Source of the DNA: Octopus sinensis
Lineage: Eukaryota
Assembly: GCF_006345805.1 (NCBI RefSeq)
Contig: NC_043010.1
Location: forward strand, 8,494,001-8,558,000
Direction: 5' to 3'
Length of the DNA: 64,000 bases
This document shows positions 48,801-62,171 of the stretch, piece by piece. The position numbers and the translations under genes are program-made. Numbering within the stretch: the first letter of the stretch is position 1; every line of letters starts with the position of its first letter. Below the pieces are notes generated by a model. That model worked only from the letters and a program-made list of their open reading frames with translations, searched no databases and was not told the DNA's origin.

Positions 48801-50080
48801 CCTCTCTTATAGAATAAATACTAGACTTAATATAAGAACTGGGGTTGATTTGTTTGATTAAACCCTTAAAGTGTACCCCAATGTGGTTGAAGGTTTATGA
48901 GTGAAACAAATAAAAGGTAAAAGATGAAAGATAGATATTTTCTTGAAATATTATTCATTCTGTAGTTTTTGCAAATTTATTTGAAATAACATTTTTAAAA
49001 ACATCTATTTTGTGCTGCATCATATCTTTATAAATGGGTTTTCTGTAGTAAAAATAATTCGGCCATACTCGTATAATATGGCTTTGGATATTTTCCGCAA
49101 TCATTTAATTAGTTTTTCACAAACATTATTGCTGCTGTGTTATTCAGACGAAAATCTTTCCGTTGCAACTTCTCCCAAAGGACTAAGCGATATATAATAC
49201 GGACTTCGCTTATTATACAGATTGCCCACTATATGACCATCTAAAAACTATTGCTGCAAATGTAATTCAGTAATCCTCTGTATTCAGATTGAAACTATCA
49301 GGAAGTTAGGATTATTCTGTAGGTAAAGATTGACATTATAGAATTCTCCTACTGACAGGTTTCTTTGGTAATTCTTGATATTGACAGACGGCCACTTGTA
49401 ATGTAGTTCTCATCAAAAATAGAAAAATTATGACATTTTCTAAAATGTCTTGTACAGCGTTTCGAAGATCAAATATTTCTTGCTATAAGCTTTCATCGCT
49501 GAAACACACATGACATACATTAATTTTGGACAAAGTCAACTTGTCTGCTAAATTCAAATGTCTCCTCTGAGATTTACGATGTAGAATTAAGATTACTGGC
49601 ATAGTGTGTCAGTTTTCGAGAAGTGTATAGTTTGCTTGTTTGCTTTAGTGTTTTTGTTTTTTTTTTGTATCTGTTTGAATGCTTATTTTGGCAATGTTGA
49701 TGTGCCTCACAATAACTGAAAGATGCACACATATATGCACACACTCACACAAACACACACACACACACATTCATACATGTACTTATATACATATACATAC
49801 GTACAAACATATACATATGCACATAAATATACATAAGCACATACACACACACACATATATTGGTAGAATTATATATATGTATATCTATGTAAATATATGT
49901 GTATATAAATATAGATATACACATATATGTATGTGTATATATATATATATATATATATGTAGGCAGAATTATGTATATGTATATCTATCTATCTGTACAT
50001 ATATAGTTAAATGCCAAGGTATATGTATTTGCATATATATATGAGTGGTGTGTGTGTGCATATATATATTTATATATGTA

Positions 50081-50122
<42 letters not shown>

Positions 50123-50359
50123 TATATACACATATATATATACACATATATATATAACATATAATATATAATATATATATACACATATTATATACATATA
50201 TATATATACACATATATATATACATATATATATATACACATTATATATACATATATATACATATATATATATACATAGATATATACATATATATATATAC
50301 ACATATATATATACATAATAGACATATATTATATATACATATATATATACATATATATA

Positions 50360-50398
<39 letters not shown>

Positions 50399-51088
50399 CA
50401 TACTTACATACATGCATACATACATATACTGAGCAAAAGAAAAGGAAAGAATACCAAGACGCTGACTATTAATTCAAGAAATAGGTGCCATTCCTATAAA
50501 GTAATCTCATGAAAGAATGAAATTGAATTTAAGTATTAGTTTCAAAGATTTATCAACTAAACATAACATCAGCTTTATTTCTTTTCATCCATTATAATGT
50601 CATACTTTAGATGTTGTGCAAATCTCTTGTTTTAAACTCTTAATGTGTTTCAAACTTTTGTCATCCCCCAAATGAAATTTGCTTTCAAACGTTTCTTTAG
50701 GCTTCAGAATTTCTTTTTTCTTTTTCTTTTTTTTCTGGCTCTATAGTTATGTTTTGTGTTCAGCCAATATAACTAAACCCGTGTCTGCATACCACAAAAC
50801 TAAATTGCAAAGTGAAACACTTTTGAATATATGTATATATATATGTATATATATATATGTATATATATATATATGTATATATATATACATATATATATTA
50901 TACATATATATATATACATATATATATATACATATATATATATACATATATATATATACATATATATATATACATATATATATATACATATATATATTAT
51001 ATATATATATATATATATACATATATCATATATATATACATATATACATATATATACATATATATATACATATATATAATATATATCT

Positions 51089-51133
<45 letters not shown>

Positions 51134-51233
51134 TACATATATATAGATACATATATCTTAATACATTATATATACATATATATATATCATATTATATAAT
51201 ATAATATATATATACATATATACATATTATTAC

Positions 51234-51288
<55 letters not shown>

Positions 51289-51316
51289 ATATACACATAT
51301 ATATATACATACATAT

Positions 51317-51713
51317 GGCGCAGTGGCCCTGTGGTTAGGGCAGTGGACTCACAGCTGTAGGATCGCGGTTTCGAACCCAGACCGGGCGTTGTATGTGTTT
51401 ATTGAGCGAAAACACCTAAGCTCCACGAGGCTCTGGCAGGGGGCGGTGGCAATCCCTGCTGTACTCTTTCACAACACTTTCTCTCACTCTTTCTTCTGTT
51501 GGCCTGCTCGCTTAGCCAGCGGGGTGGCGTTATCTGGAGGCCAAACAATGCGAAGCGCATTGTGACCAGCGATGTGTAGCAACATTTGATAGCCTGGTTG
51601 GTCATGGTGATATATATACATATATGTATATATATGCACAGGTACATATAATGTATCTAATACATACACAAATATATATATAAATATATATATACATATA
51701 TACATATATATAC

Positions 51714-51773
<60 letters not shown>

Positions 51774-52180
51774 CACATAAATATATATACATACATATGG
51801 AAGCGCAGTGGCCCTGTGGTTAGGGCAGTGGACTCACAGCTGTAGGATCGCGGTTTCGAACCCAGACCGGGCGTTGTATGTGTTTATTGAGCGAAAACAC
51901 CTAAAGCTCCACGAGGCTCTGGCAGGGGGCGGTGGCAATCCCTGCTGTACTCTTTCACAACAACTTTCTCTCACTCTTTCTTCTGTTGGCCTGCTCGCTT
52001 AGCCAGCGGGGTGGCGTTATCTGGAGGCCAAAAAAACGCGAAGCGCATTGTGACCAGCGATGTGTAGCAACATTTGATAGCCTGGTTGGTCATGGTGATA
52101 TATATACATATATGTATATATATGCACAGGTACATATAATGTATCTAATACATACACAAATATATATATAAATATATATG
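51317..52180 (+). repeat. Tandem duplication of SINE D plus its 3' flank (SINEs at 51317-51612 and 51799-52100)
   Basis: Two near-identical units including the non-SINE flank GCACAGGTACATATAATGTATCTAATACATACAC. Confidence 0.9.
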
Positions 52181-52360
52181 TAGGTATGTGTGTGTGTGTT
52201 TGTCTGTCTGTGTGTCTGTATGTGGGTATGTAGAACTTCCTGGTGGCTTTTGTCTAAATTTCTGTGAAAATGCTTCGTTTCTGAAATGGAAGTCACTTTT
52301 TCTCTATTGTGCGATAAACTTTGATAATAAAGCCAAATGGACAGGCATACACATGCACAT

Positions 52361-52419
<59 letters not shown>

Positions 52420-52857
52420 CACAGTGGCAGATATTCATGTAGATCAGAGGTTCCCAAACAGGGTGGGTCCATATAATCCTTGGAAGTTCACATAAGATTC
52501 CGTTGTTAGAGTTCTTGTGGAATAAATTGGTTAGATTTCTACAATACACAAACTATTTCAACAAATTTTTTTATGCAATTCCTAATAATATATTCTTTCA
52601 TTCTTTTACTTGTTTCAGTCATTTGACTGTAACCATGATGGGGCACCACCATAAAGGGTCTTAGTTAAGGAAATCAACCCCAGGACTTATTCATTGGAAA
52701 ACTAGCACCTATCCTATCAGTCTTTTTTACCAAACTGCTAAGTTACAGGGACATAAACACACCAACATTGGTTGTCAAGTGATGGCAGGGTGACATGCAC
52801 AAACACACACACATACATGCATATACATATATATAGATAGACACACACACAAACATG

Positions 52858-53169
52858 TACATACAAAATTTAGAGGAATGATCACTAAAGTGGACACCCT
52901 ATATGCTAAACATAGATGTTAAATTGCCATTACTACGGAGAATGTGTTCTCAAGAAAAAATCTCAGCAAAACACCAAAATGTAAAAAATGAGCAAGATAA
53001 GTGAAAACATATGAAATAAAAATGATTACCTATGTATTTTTTTACATTTTGGCGTTTTGCTGAGATTTTCTTCCTGAGAACACATTCTTCGTGGTACTGG
53101 TGATTTGACGTCTATGTTTAGCATATTGGGTGTCCACTTTAATGGTCATTCCTCTTAATTTTGTATGTA
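52858..53169. mobile_element. Foldback MITE with ~130-bp TIRs and TA ends (Tc1/mariner type)
   Basis: TACATACAAAATTTAGAGGAATGATCACTAAAGTGGACACCC... mirrored by ...GGGTGTCCACTTTAATGGTCATTCCTCTTAATTTTGTATGTA. Confidence 0.8.
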
Positions 53170-53194
53170 TCACAATTTTTAATCTTCGGATTAT

Positions 53195-53500
53195 TAAATA
53201 TGCTAAGCCACTGGTTCGAATCCCGGACCGGGCTGCGTGTTGTGTTCTCGAGCAAAGCACTTTATTTCATGTTGCTCCAGTTCACTCAGCTGTAGAAATG
53301 AGTTGCGACGTCACAGGTGCCAAGCTGTATCGACCTTTGTCTTTCCCTTGGATAACACTGGTGGCGTGGAGAGGGGAGGCTGGTATGCATGGGCGACTGC
53401 TGGTCTTCCAAAAACAACCTTGCCCGGACTTGTGTCTAGGAGGGTAACTTTCTAGGTGCAATCCCATGGTCATTCATGACCGAAGGGGGTCTTTACCTTT
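53195..53500 (+). mobile_element. CORE-like SINE (family C), slightly 5'-truncated
   Basis: GGTTCGAATCCC B box; TTCTCGAGCAAAGCACTTTATTTC...CACTCAGCTGTAGAAATGAG. Confidence 0.85.
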
Positions 53501-53502
53501 AT

Positions 53503-53547
<45 letters not shown>

Positions 53548-54473
53548 TAACTGGAAAGCCATTAAGTGGTTTCTTTACATGCTGAAAGTAGACACCAAAT
53601 CGTCCAACCAGTATGGAACTGACTGATCCTTTTATATCTCATGAAGGTCACTTCTAGCTCTCACTGTGCATGCAATGGTGTGCTGTCATCTGTTGGCATG
53701 CTACACAACTAGTCCAAGAACTGCATGATATCACATTGTATAATGTTTTACTGGTATTAAACACCCTGTTTATAAACTGATGTTATATACTGCCATCATG
53801 TGGTGTGCTTATAAAGAGTGCATGACACAGAAATAACGTAAAGTGCATGGCACTCTCATGGATAATCGTGCATGAATACGTGTTGATTCTAATACACTAA
53901 CATATTTATATTGGAGCACACATGCAATGCCAGTACGCATACTCATACACAAAGAAGCAGAGACATTAATTAAGGGAGGCGATATTATCTATTGAAATGA
54001 TGACCATCAAGTAACGTTGAGCTTAGTTTGACAGACTCAGTGAAGTCAGCTACTGTATCAGGTGGATGACGTTTATGACCGGACTGGATGATGGAATTCA
54101 ACTGGGAATTCTTATAACAGTTGAATGTATTGTATGTGAAATACTAGAAGTTCCCAACAAGAAATGGGGAAACAATGGAATAGCTATCTCATTAGAAAAT
54201 ATTCCGTGGAATAGAAGGATAGAAATGTATATAAATACACAGGTAGTAGATAGGTAGGTAGTTTGGTAAGCAGGCAGGCAGGCACATAGATATATATTAT
54301 CCAAATGACGAATAGATAAATATGTACGTAAATATGTGTAAATGTATTATGATGACAGCCATATATATGTAGTTCTATAGGGGCATATGGCGCAGTGGAT
54401 AAGAGCGCGGGCTACTAACCCCAAGATTCCGAATTCGATTCCAAACAGTGACCTGAACAATAACAACAGCAAC

Positions 54474-54545
<72 letters not shown>

Positions 54546-54548
54546 AAA

Positions 54549-54594
<46 letters not shown>

Positions 54595-54610
54595 CACTGC
54601 TCTCTCACTC

Positions 54611-54642
<32 letters not shown>

Positions 54643-54652
54643 TAATAATAAT

Positions 54653-54687
<35 letters not shown>

Positions 54688-54774
54688 CACTGCTCTCTCA
54701 CTCAATAATAATAATAATAATAATAATGATAATAATGATAATAATAATAATAAATTATTAAATAAATAATAATA

Positions 54775-55107
54775 ATGAAAAGAAATGGAGAAACTTTCAA
54801 AATACAAAGACCTGGAAATAGAGGTAACCAGAATGTGGAATCTAAAAACAGAAACAATTCCTATCATAGTAGGTGCATTAGGCATGATAAAAAAATATTC
54901 AGACAAATACATAACAAAAACACCAGGACTTACAAACACATACAACATACAGAAAATTTGCACTACTAGGCACCGCACACATCCTGCGCAGAACACTTTC
55001 CATACAGTAACCATCAGAGCATCACAACAAATCACAGCACATACCCAAGGCACACAGAGCTGCGCTCGGTAGTGAAGTGAAAGCACGCTATAAAAATAAA
55101 ACTACTG
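54775..55107 (+). pseudogene. R4/Dong-clade (restriction-like endonuclease) LINE 3' end inserted in (AAT)n
   Basis: EKLSKYKDLEIEVTRMWNLKTETIPIIVGALG...IQKI, +1 frameshift at ~54958, then ALLGTAHILRRTLSIQ* (stop 55008-55010); (AAT)n on both sides. Confidence 0.88.
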
Positions 55108-55218
55108 AATAATAATAATAATAATAATAACAATAATAATAATAATAATAACAATAATAATAATAATAACATCGAAAAATACCTTAGGAATGAGAACCCA
55201 GGTTTGAAATTTCCCCAA

Positions 55219-55264
55219 GACACCTGAAGAAGGCTGGAGGGTATATCAGCCAAAGCGTTGGGTT
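55219..55264 (+). ncRNA. Decayed hammerhead fold (P1 copy 2)
   Basis: GACAC-CUGAAGA-A-GGCUG(gagggtatat)CAGCC-AAAG-CGUU-GGGUU; full stem II but GAAA mutated. Confidence 0.5.
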
Positions 55265-55380
55265 AACAACAAACAAAATGAGGACAAATATCCATCGAAT
55301 GTAAATAATGTAAATAAAGCCATATACCTAAATGGTTAATCACACACACATGTGTGTGCGTGTGTGTATTATACACATAT

Positions 55381-55786
55381 ACTCTTTTACTTGTTTCAGT
55401 CATTTGACTGTGGCTATGCTGGAGCACCACCTTTAGTCGAGCAAATCGACCCCAGGACTTATTCTTTGTAAGCCTAGTACTTATTCTATCGGTCTCTTTT
55501 GCCGAACTGCTAAGTTACGGGGATGTAAACGCACCAGCATCGGTTGTCAAGTGATGTTGGGGGGACAAACACAGACACAGAAACACAAACATATACACAC
55601 ACATACATATATATACATATATACGACAGGCTTCTTTCAGTTTCCGTCTACCAAATCCACTCACAAGGCTTTGGTTGGCCCGAGGCTGTAGTAGAAGACA
55701 CTTGCCCAAGGTGCCACGAAGTGGGACTGAACCCTGAACCATGTGGTCAGTAAGCAAGCTACTTACCACTCAGCCACTCCTACACC
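55381..55786 (-). mobile_element. SINE family A
   Basis: Matches family consensus. Confidence 0.9.
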
Positions 55787-56031
55787 TATACATACACAAG
55801 CACACACATGCACTCTCATATTGCTTGGAAATAGGTGTTGGTTGGTGACATGAAGACCATCTGGCTATAGAAATTCTGATTCAGCAAATTTTGTCTGACC
55901 CATCACAGCGAGGAAAAATAAACCTTAAATGATAATGATAATTATGACACGCATACACACACATACTTATCTCTCTATCTCTCCCCCTATCTATCTATCC
56001 AGCTAGTCTCCTCCTCACCACCAAAACCACC

Positions 56032-56063
<32 letters not shown>

Positions 56064-56480
56064 TGTCTTCATCATCATAATTTCACAACCCTTTTTGTGC
56101 TGGTTTGGGTTCAACAGCTTGATTTGTTTCAGTTTTGGCATGGTTTCTTTGGCAGGAAGCCCTTCATAATGTCAGCAACTTTATAGACTGTACTGCGGCC
56201 TCTTTCCCATGTACCAGAACTAATGAGGCTGCCTTGTAACTCACTGAAAGGGAGGATCATACAGAGACGAAGCTGGATTTATAATAGGTGTCGATGGGGG
56301 TGAAGCATGATAGGACGAACAGGAAGAGATTTCTAAATCTCTGAACGAAAAACATGCAGTAACAGTACTCTAGAGTAAAGTTTATTTGCCAACGTAAAGT
56401 GGCAGTCCTGATTAGGACAGATGTTACTAAATAGATTGATAGACAGACAGACAGATCGATCGATCGATAGATAGATATAT

Positions 56481-56649
56481 AAAAATATACAAAATGGGAC
56501 AAGAACGCAAAACATCCAGAAGACGATACAAAAATCACGGACGGGTCATTCGAAGCCTTTAATCTTCAGTCAAGAACTGGATCATCCTCGCAATTTCGGC
56601 TGATTAATCTTGATTACTCCAATCTGGCCAGCCCCAAGGAAAAACTAAG
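56481..56649 (+). repeat. Interspersed family P3
   Basis: Colinear with 63556-63730 and 13562-13646. Confidence 0.75.
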
Positions 56650-56880
56650 ATAGACAGACAGATCGATAGATAGACAGACAGAGAGACAAACAGATAGATT
56701 GATAGATCGATTATATACAATAAACATGTACAAGCATTAATAGACAGATAATTCTAGAAAGAAATCAATACATTTATTACTGTACAGTACATATAGTTTA
56801 CTTCATAATCAGTTATAAAACCAATGTGATAATTAATAGCCTTAGATGAAATGGACTGTATAGAAGACTTTTATAGGTAT

Positions 56881-57094
56881 ACTCTTTACTCTCTTTTACT
56901 TGTTTCAGTCATTTGACTGCGGCCATGCTGGAGCACCGCCTTTAGTCGAGCAAATCGACCCCGGGACTTATTCTTTTGTAAGCCCAGTACTTATTCTATT
57001 GGTCTCTTTTTTGCCGAACCGCTAAGTGACGGGGACGTAAACTCACCAGCATCGGTTGTCAAACAATGCTAGGGGGACAAACACAGACACACAA

Positions 57095-57127
<33 letters not shown>

Positions 57128-57496
57128 CATATATATATGACAGGCTTCTTTCAGTTTCCGTCTACCAAATCCACTCACAAGGCATTGGTCGGCCCGGGGC
57201 TATAGCAGAAGACACTTGCCTAAGATGCCACGCAGTGGGACTGAACCCGGAACCATGTGGTTGGTAAGCAAGCTACTTACCACACAGCCACTCCTGCGCC
57301 TATATGCAGAGTTTCATGCTGGAGCACCGCCTTTAGTCGAGCAAATCGATCCCAGGACTTATTCTTTGTAAGCCTAGTACTTATTCTATCGATCATTTTT
57401 GCCGAACCACTAAGTTACAGGGACGTAAACACACCGGCATCGGTTGTCAAGCGATGTTGGGGAGACAAACACAGGCACACAAACATATACACACAA

Positions 57497-57539
<43 letters not shown>

Positions 57540-57712
57540 AACATATACATATATACGACAGGCTTCTTTCAGTTCCGTCTACCAAATCCACTCACAAGGC
57601 TTTGGTCGGCCCGAGGTTATAGTAGAAGACACTTGCCGAAGGTGCCACACAGTGGGACTGAACCTAGAACCATATGGTTGGTAAACAAGCTTCTTACCAC
57701 ACAGCCACTCCT
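56881..57712 (-). mobile_element. Two adjacent SINE family A copies (56881-57300 full; 57316-57712 lacking its tail)
   Basis: Match family consensus. Confidence 0.9.
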
Positions 57713-57742
57713 AAGCATTTTTCCCAGCATGGTAATAGTTCT

Positions 57743-58160
57743 TATTTCTTTACTACCCACAAGGGACTACACATTGAGAAGACAAACAAGGACAGACAAA
57801 TGGATTAAGTCGATTATATCGACTCCAGTGCGTAACTGGTACTTATTTAATCGACCCTGAAAGGATGAAAGGCAAAGTCGACCTCGACAGAATTTGAACT
57901 CAGAACGTAGCGGCAGACGCAATACCTATTTCTTTACTACCCTCAAGGGGCTAAACACAGAGGGGACAAACAAGGACAGACTAACGGATTAAATCAATTA
58001 TACCGACCCCAGTGTGTAACTGTTACTTATTTAATCGACCCCAAAAGGATGAAAGGCAAAGTCGACCTCGGCGGAATTTGAACTCAGAACGTAACGGCAG
58101 ACGAAATATACGGCTATGCATTTCGCCCGCCGTGCTAATGTTTCTGCCAGCTCGCCGCCT
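57743..58160 (-). mobile_element. SINE family B dimer: head + (body-tail)x2, inserted in an older SINE head
   Basis: Junction at ~57922; TSD ATGGTAATAGTTCT at 57729-57742 and 58161-58174. Confidence 0.88.
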
Positions 58161-58633
58161 ATGGTAATAGTTCTGCCAGTTCGCCACCTTTACTTGGAAC
58201 AAATAACACAAGACATTTTCCCCACTGTTCTAACAACTCTGCAAATATGCCATTTTATAAGAAATGTTAAACCAATAATAACAATAAAAGTTAAATATCA
58301 CAAGGTGATTCGTCTGATGGTCTAATGACTCTGCCAAGTTAACGGACATGCATTATCAACATCAGGTTTCAAATGTTGTGTAATTGGTTGACATCTACGT
58401 TGTCATTAAGAATACATTAACATTCTTGTATTAAGAGCTTAATTAGCTATTTGTTTATTTTATGTCAACATTAATGTCATTTGTAACAGTTTTCTAATGG
58501 TTGTATCTGTAACTCAATACAGAACAAATATTTCAAGTAACATCACTTTTAAGTAACCTGTTTTTTTTTGTTTCTTTTATTGTTTTCTTGCCAGTGCTTA
58601 TATCTTTTACAGATAACTTTCAGTAATAAAGAT

Positions 58634-58673
<40 letters not shown>

Positions 58674-58923
58674 TGTACTGCTTTTGATGGTATGATATGC
58701 CAAAAAAGTACTTCGTCTGGCAAGAGATGAATATTAGTTAATAAATACAATATATGTTTTTGTGTACTACTATTAGTTTCATGTGATGAGATCATGTCAG
58801 AGTATTTTTTAAAGATGTCTTGTGTCTCAGTACAATCTTCAGGCACGTTAAAAAAATACTGTCTGGCATGCTCTCATAGCATGAAACTATTGAATTACTT
58901 AATAGCATTTATTTCTCTTAATT

Positions 58924-58986
<63 letters not shown>

Positions 58987-59556
58987 AGATAAACTTTTCA
59001 TTTCTGTGGAGGAGGATGCTGGTAAGGGTTAATAAAAGAATTACCTGCAATATTTGCATCGAGTTGAATTTGTTCAACTACACCACAGTCCCTACAAATT
59101 TGGCATACCTGGTGTCCAAGCTAGACACCACATTTGAACATCATAAAGTCCAGTCTTTCCCACGAACTTCACCACCACCACTACCACCACAATGATGATG
59201 ATGATGATCGTCATCATCATCACCCCCACCCCCACCTACAGTATAACCTCCACAGTTAACTGATTCTTGTTTAGCTATTGTATATGTATGTATACAATTT
59301 GGCAATCATATTTTCAACTCTGAAATATATATATAAAAAAGAGCAAACAAAAAAAAACAACAAAAAACAACAAAATTTAAAGAACAGAATTTCCCCGAAG
59401 CCAAAAGGGAATAAGTTCTAATGCATCCTCCCTAAAGCTTTCCCAACTCATTTTTTATATACATAACAATCATGTATATATACATGTGTGTATATATATA
59501 TGTGTGTGTCTGTGTGTCTGTGTGTGTATATATATATATATATATATGTGTGTTAG

Positions 59557-59593
<37 letters not shown>

Positions 59594-60109
59594 TATATGT
59601 ATATACCCTTGTTATAAATATATATATATATGTATTTATATATATATTTTGATAAGATTTAGAAATAGGACTTCTATTTTAGTTTCTGCTGAAAATATGG
59701 CTAAATGTCTTTATTATTTTTTTACGATATCATCCTTTATCCATATTGGAATTTCCAGAGCATCAGTCAGTCCCAAATTATAGCTTCTTCTTCAACTCTC
59801 TCCCTCCACTTTCCCTCCCTGCACTCTCTCTTCCTCTGATCAATATAATCTGACTCCATGAATATATACATTGGCAAACAGCAAGATTCTGATCAATTCT
59901 TGAACAACTTTGGGCGAGAGAGCATTGGTTGGGGTACCCTACTGAGAACCACCAGGATTCTGAGCATTATGATGACAAATAAAACTTTGCTTTGTGTTCT
60001 TCGCTATCATTTTTTATTCATTTATTTTTTAAATCAATAATCAGAGGAATTCTAATAAATAAAGTATAGAGTCTGTGTATAATGTAGAAATTTTTTGTAT
60101 ATGCTAAGA

Positions 60110-60192
<83 letters not shown>

Positions 60193-60410
60193 TGTATGTA
60201 TAAAGTGAGAGAGACTTATGGATATAAATATATATGCATGCACACACACACATATACATACACACACAGAAACACACACACACACACATATATATATACA
60301 TATACACATAAATGCATGCATATATATGTGTGTATGTATGCATGTATGTGTGTGTGTATGTATGTATGTATGTATGTATGTATGTATGTATGTATGTATG
60401 AATGGATTTA

Positions 60411-60447
<37 letters not shown>

Positions 60448-61239
60448 GTATATGTATATTTAATAATAGCATAGTATAATACAGTATTTCTCTGTTATAA
60501 TCTGAACTAATAGAGATGCTTGAAGGGTCTCATCAATGTAGTAGATAAATTTGCTGCAGTAGAATCCCACATTGTCTTTAAATTAGGGATCATGTATTTA
60601 AGAGTGTCAGTCTTAGTACAACATCTCCCATAAGATGTATAGAACAACAAAATAAAAAGAAACATATAAAAAGGTTGTTGCAGAAAATTTCCCAGAAAAT
60701 ATTAAATAAAATGTCGCATAAAGATGTCGCAGAAATTCCAACGTAAACGTTTCAGAAAATCCAGGATAATTTTATTATGGAGAAAATGCCCTGAAAATGG
60801 CAGTGAAAATAATCACAAAAAAAAAGTGATGAATGATTAATTTAATGCTTTTAGTTTTGTTTTGTTTATCAATCTTGATAATGTTATTTATTTAATTACT
60901 TTAACTTTTATCTTATTTGATCAAAATGTGGTATATTTCCTTTAACTTTTTCGAAGTCAAAATTTTGACATTTCTCTAGGAAAGATAGAATGATCTTCCT
61001 AGCCAAAATAGTGACCCTTTTTCTAACCATGACTGACATTTTCCTAGCCAATACAAGGATTTTACTCACCAAAACCGTAACATTTTCCTGGTCAAGCCAG
61101 AAATATTTTTCACAGTCAAAATTTGTCATGATTTAAATTTATATATTGTGTACCCAATAAGGATATTAAAGTTACGCAATTAGATTGGCCACTTATTTTA
61201 ACTGTTAAGGTTGAGTCTCTAGTTTCGTGTTGTCATATT

Positions 61240-61418
61240 TTTTTTTTTAGGGATTTTGGTTGTCTTATGTATTTTATTATTTTGTATGATTCAAGTAACT
61301 TTTTTGCTCTTGGGTCTTGGCTCAGTAATGTTATATTCTGATGAATAATGCTGAATGCTTCTATGTTTCTTGGGCTGTGTGCGTCGTAGTTAAAATAGTG
61401 TTTTGGGTGTATCTGAAC
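61240..61418 (-). pseudogene. Possible decayed PLE GIY-YIG endonuclease C-terminal segment
   Basis: HPKHYFNYD...NITLLSQDPRAKKLLESYKIIKY resembles the H.FN....IL....R..LES..I pattern of Penelope ORF ends; recognised by eye only. Confidence 0.3.
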
Positions 61419-61980
61419 TATATATATGCATGTGTGTGTGTACCTGCATATATGTGTGTGTGCGTGTGTGTGTATATGCATGTATGTATGCATGTATGTA
61501 TGTATATGTGTATGTATGTATGTATATATGTGTGTGAGTGTGCAAGGGAGAGATAGCACATCTGCGAATGCAGGTTTGTATGTGAATCAGCAAAAGATAT
61601 AAAGATATGAACATCACAGAGAAAAACAGATAAACTTGTGTCGTGAATTACAAACACCATTTTGTATTTAACCCACCTGAGTCACACAGACACACCTCTG
61701 TCATCTCACCAAAGAAAATGCAGTGAACCAGTAATTGGCCTGTTGAAATCGCACAACTAATGGCAGTATTGTTAGCAATATGCTTGACATAAAATATCAC
61801 CATTGAGAAATAAGCAAAGTAGTGTTTGGAGAGGTCCAGCAGAAAGTCTTATATTGGGAAAAATATCAGCAATGTTTATAATTGTTGGATTTGGGAGTCA
61901 TTATATATTGTATACACATAATACACAACCCAAAACATATACACATCAATAAGTACACATATGCATTATACTATATATAT

Positions 61981-62014
<34 letters not shown>

Positions 62015-62117
62015 CATATGTGTGTATATATAACGAATATATATATATATATGTATGTATATTATATTTTTGTATATGCATATATATATATTATATATAT
62101 GTATATATATATTTTTG

Positions 62118-62171
<54 letters not shown>

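Larger units (their letters stand above)
54366..55317 (+). mobile_element. Element P1 with tRNA(Arg)-like head, (AAT)n tract (interrupted by a Dong-like LINE) and PLE-type hammerhead tail
   Basis: Head GGGCATATGGCGCAGTGGATAAGAGCGCGGGCTACTAACCCCAAGATTCCGAATTCGATTCC (from ~54381); tail 55150-55315 matches 4230-4385; candidate 9-bp TSD AGCCATATA at 54357-54365 and 55318-55326. Confidence 0.7.

Noticed and set aside
54381-54453. Possible tRNA gene (Arg-like, ACT in anticodon position)
   Set aside because: Acceptor stem and B box are degenerate and it runs into (AAT)n; treated as a SINE head. The other tRNA-like heads were rejected on the same grounds.
56481-56649. Hammerhead in family P3 (CUGAAGA and CAGCCGAAA both present on the minus strand)
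   Set aside because: The motifs cannot be placed in a type I, II or III topology with correct stems and spacing.
59780-59990. Protein-like frames (GTPTNALSPKVVQELIRILLFAN on minus; SILEQLWAREHWLGYPTENH on plus)
   Set aside because: Competing frames on both strands, weak splice signals, no recognisable motif.
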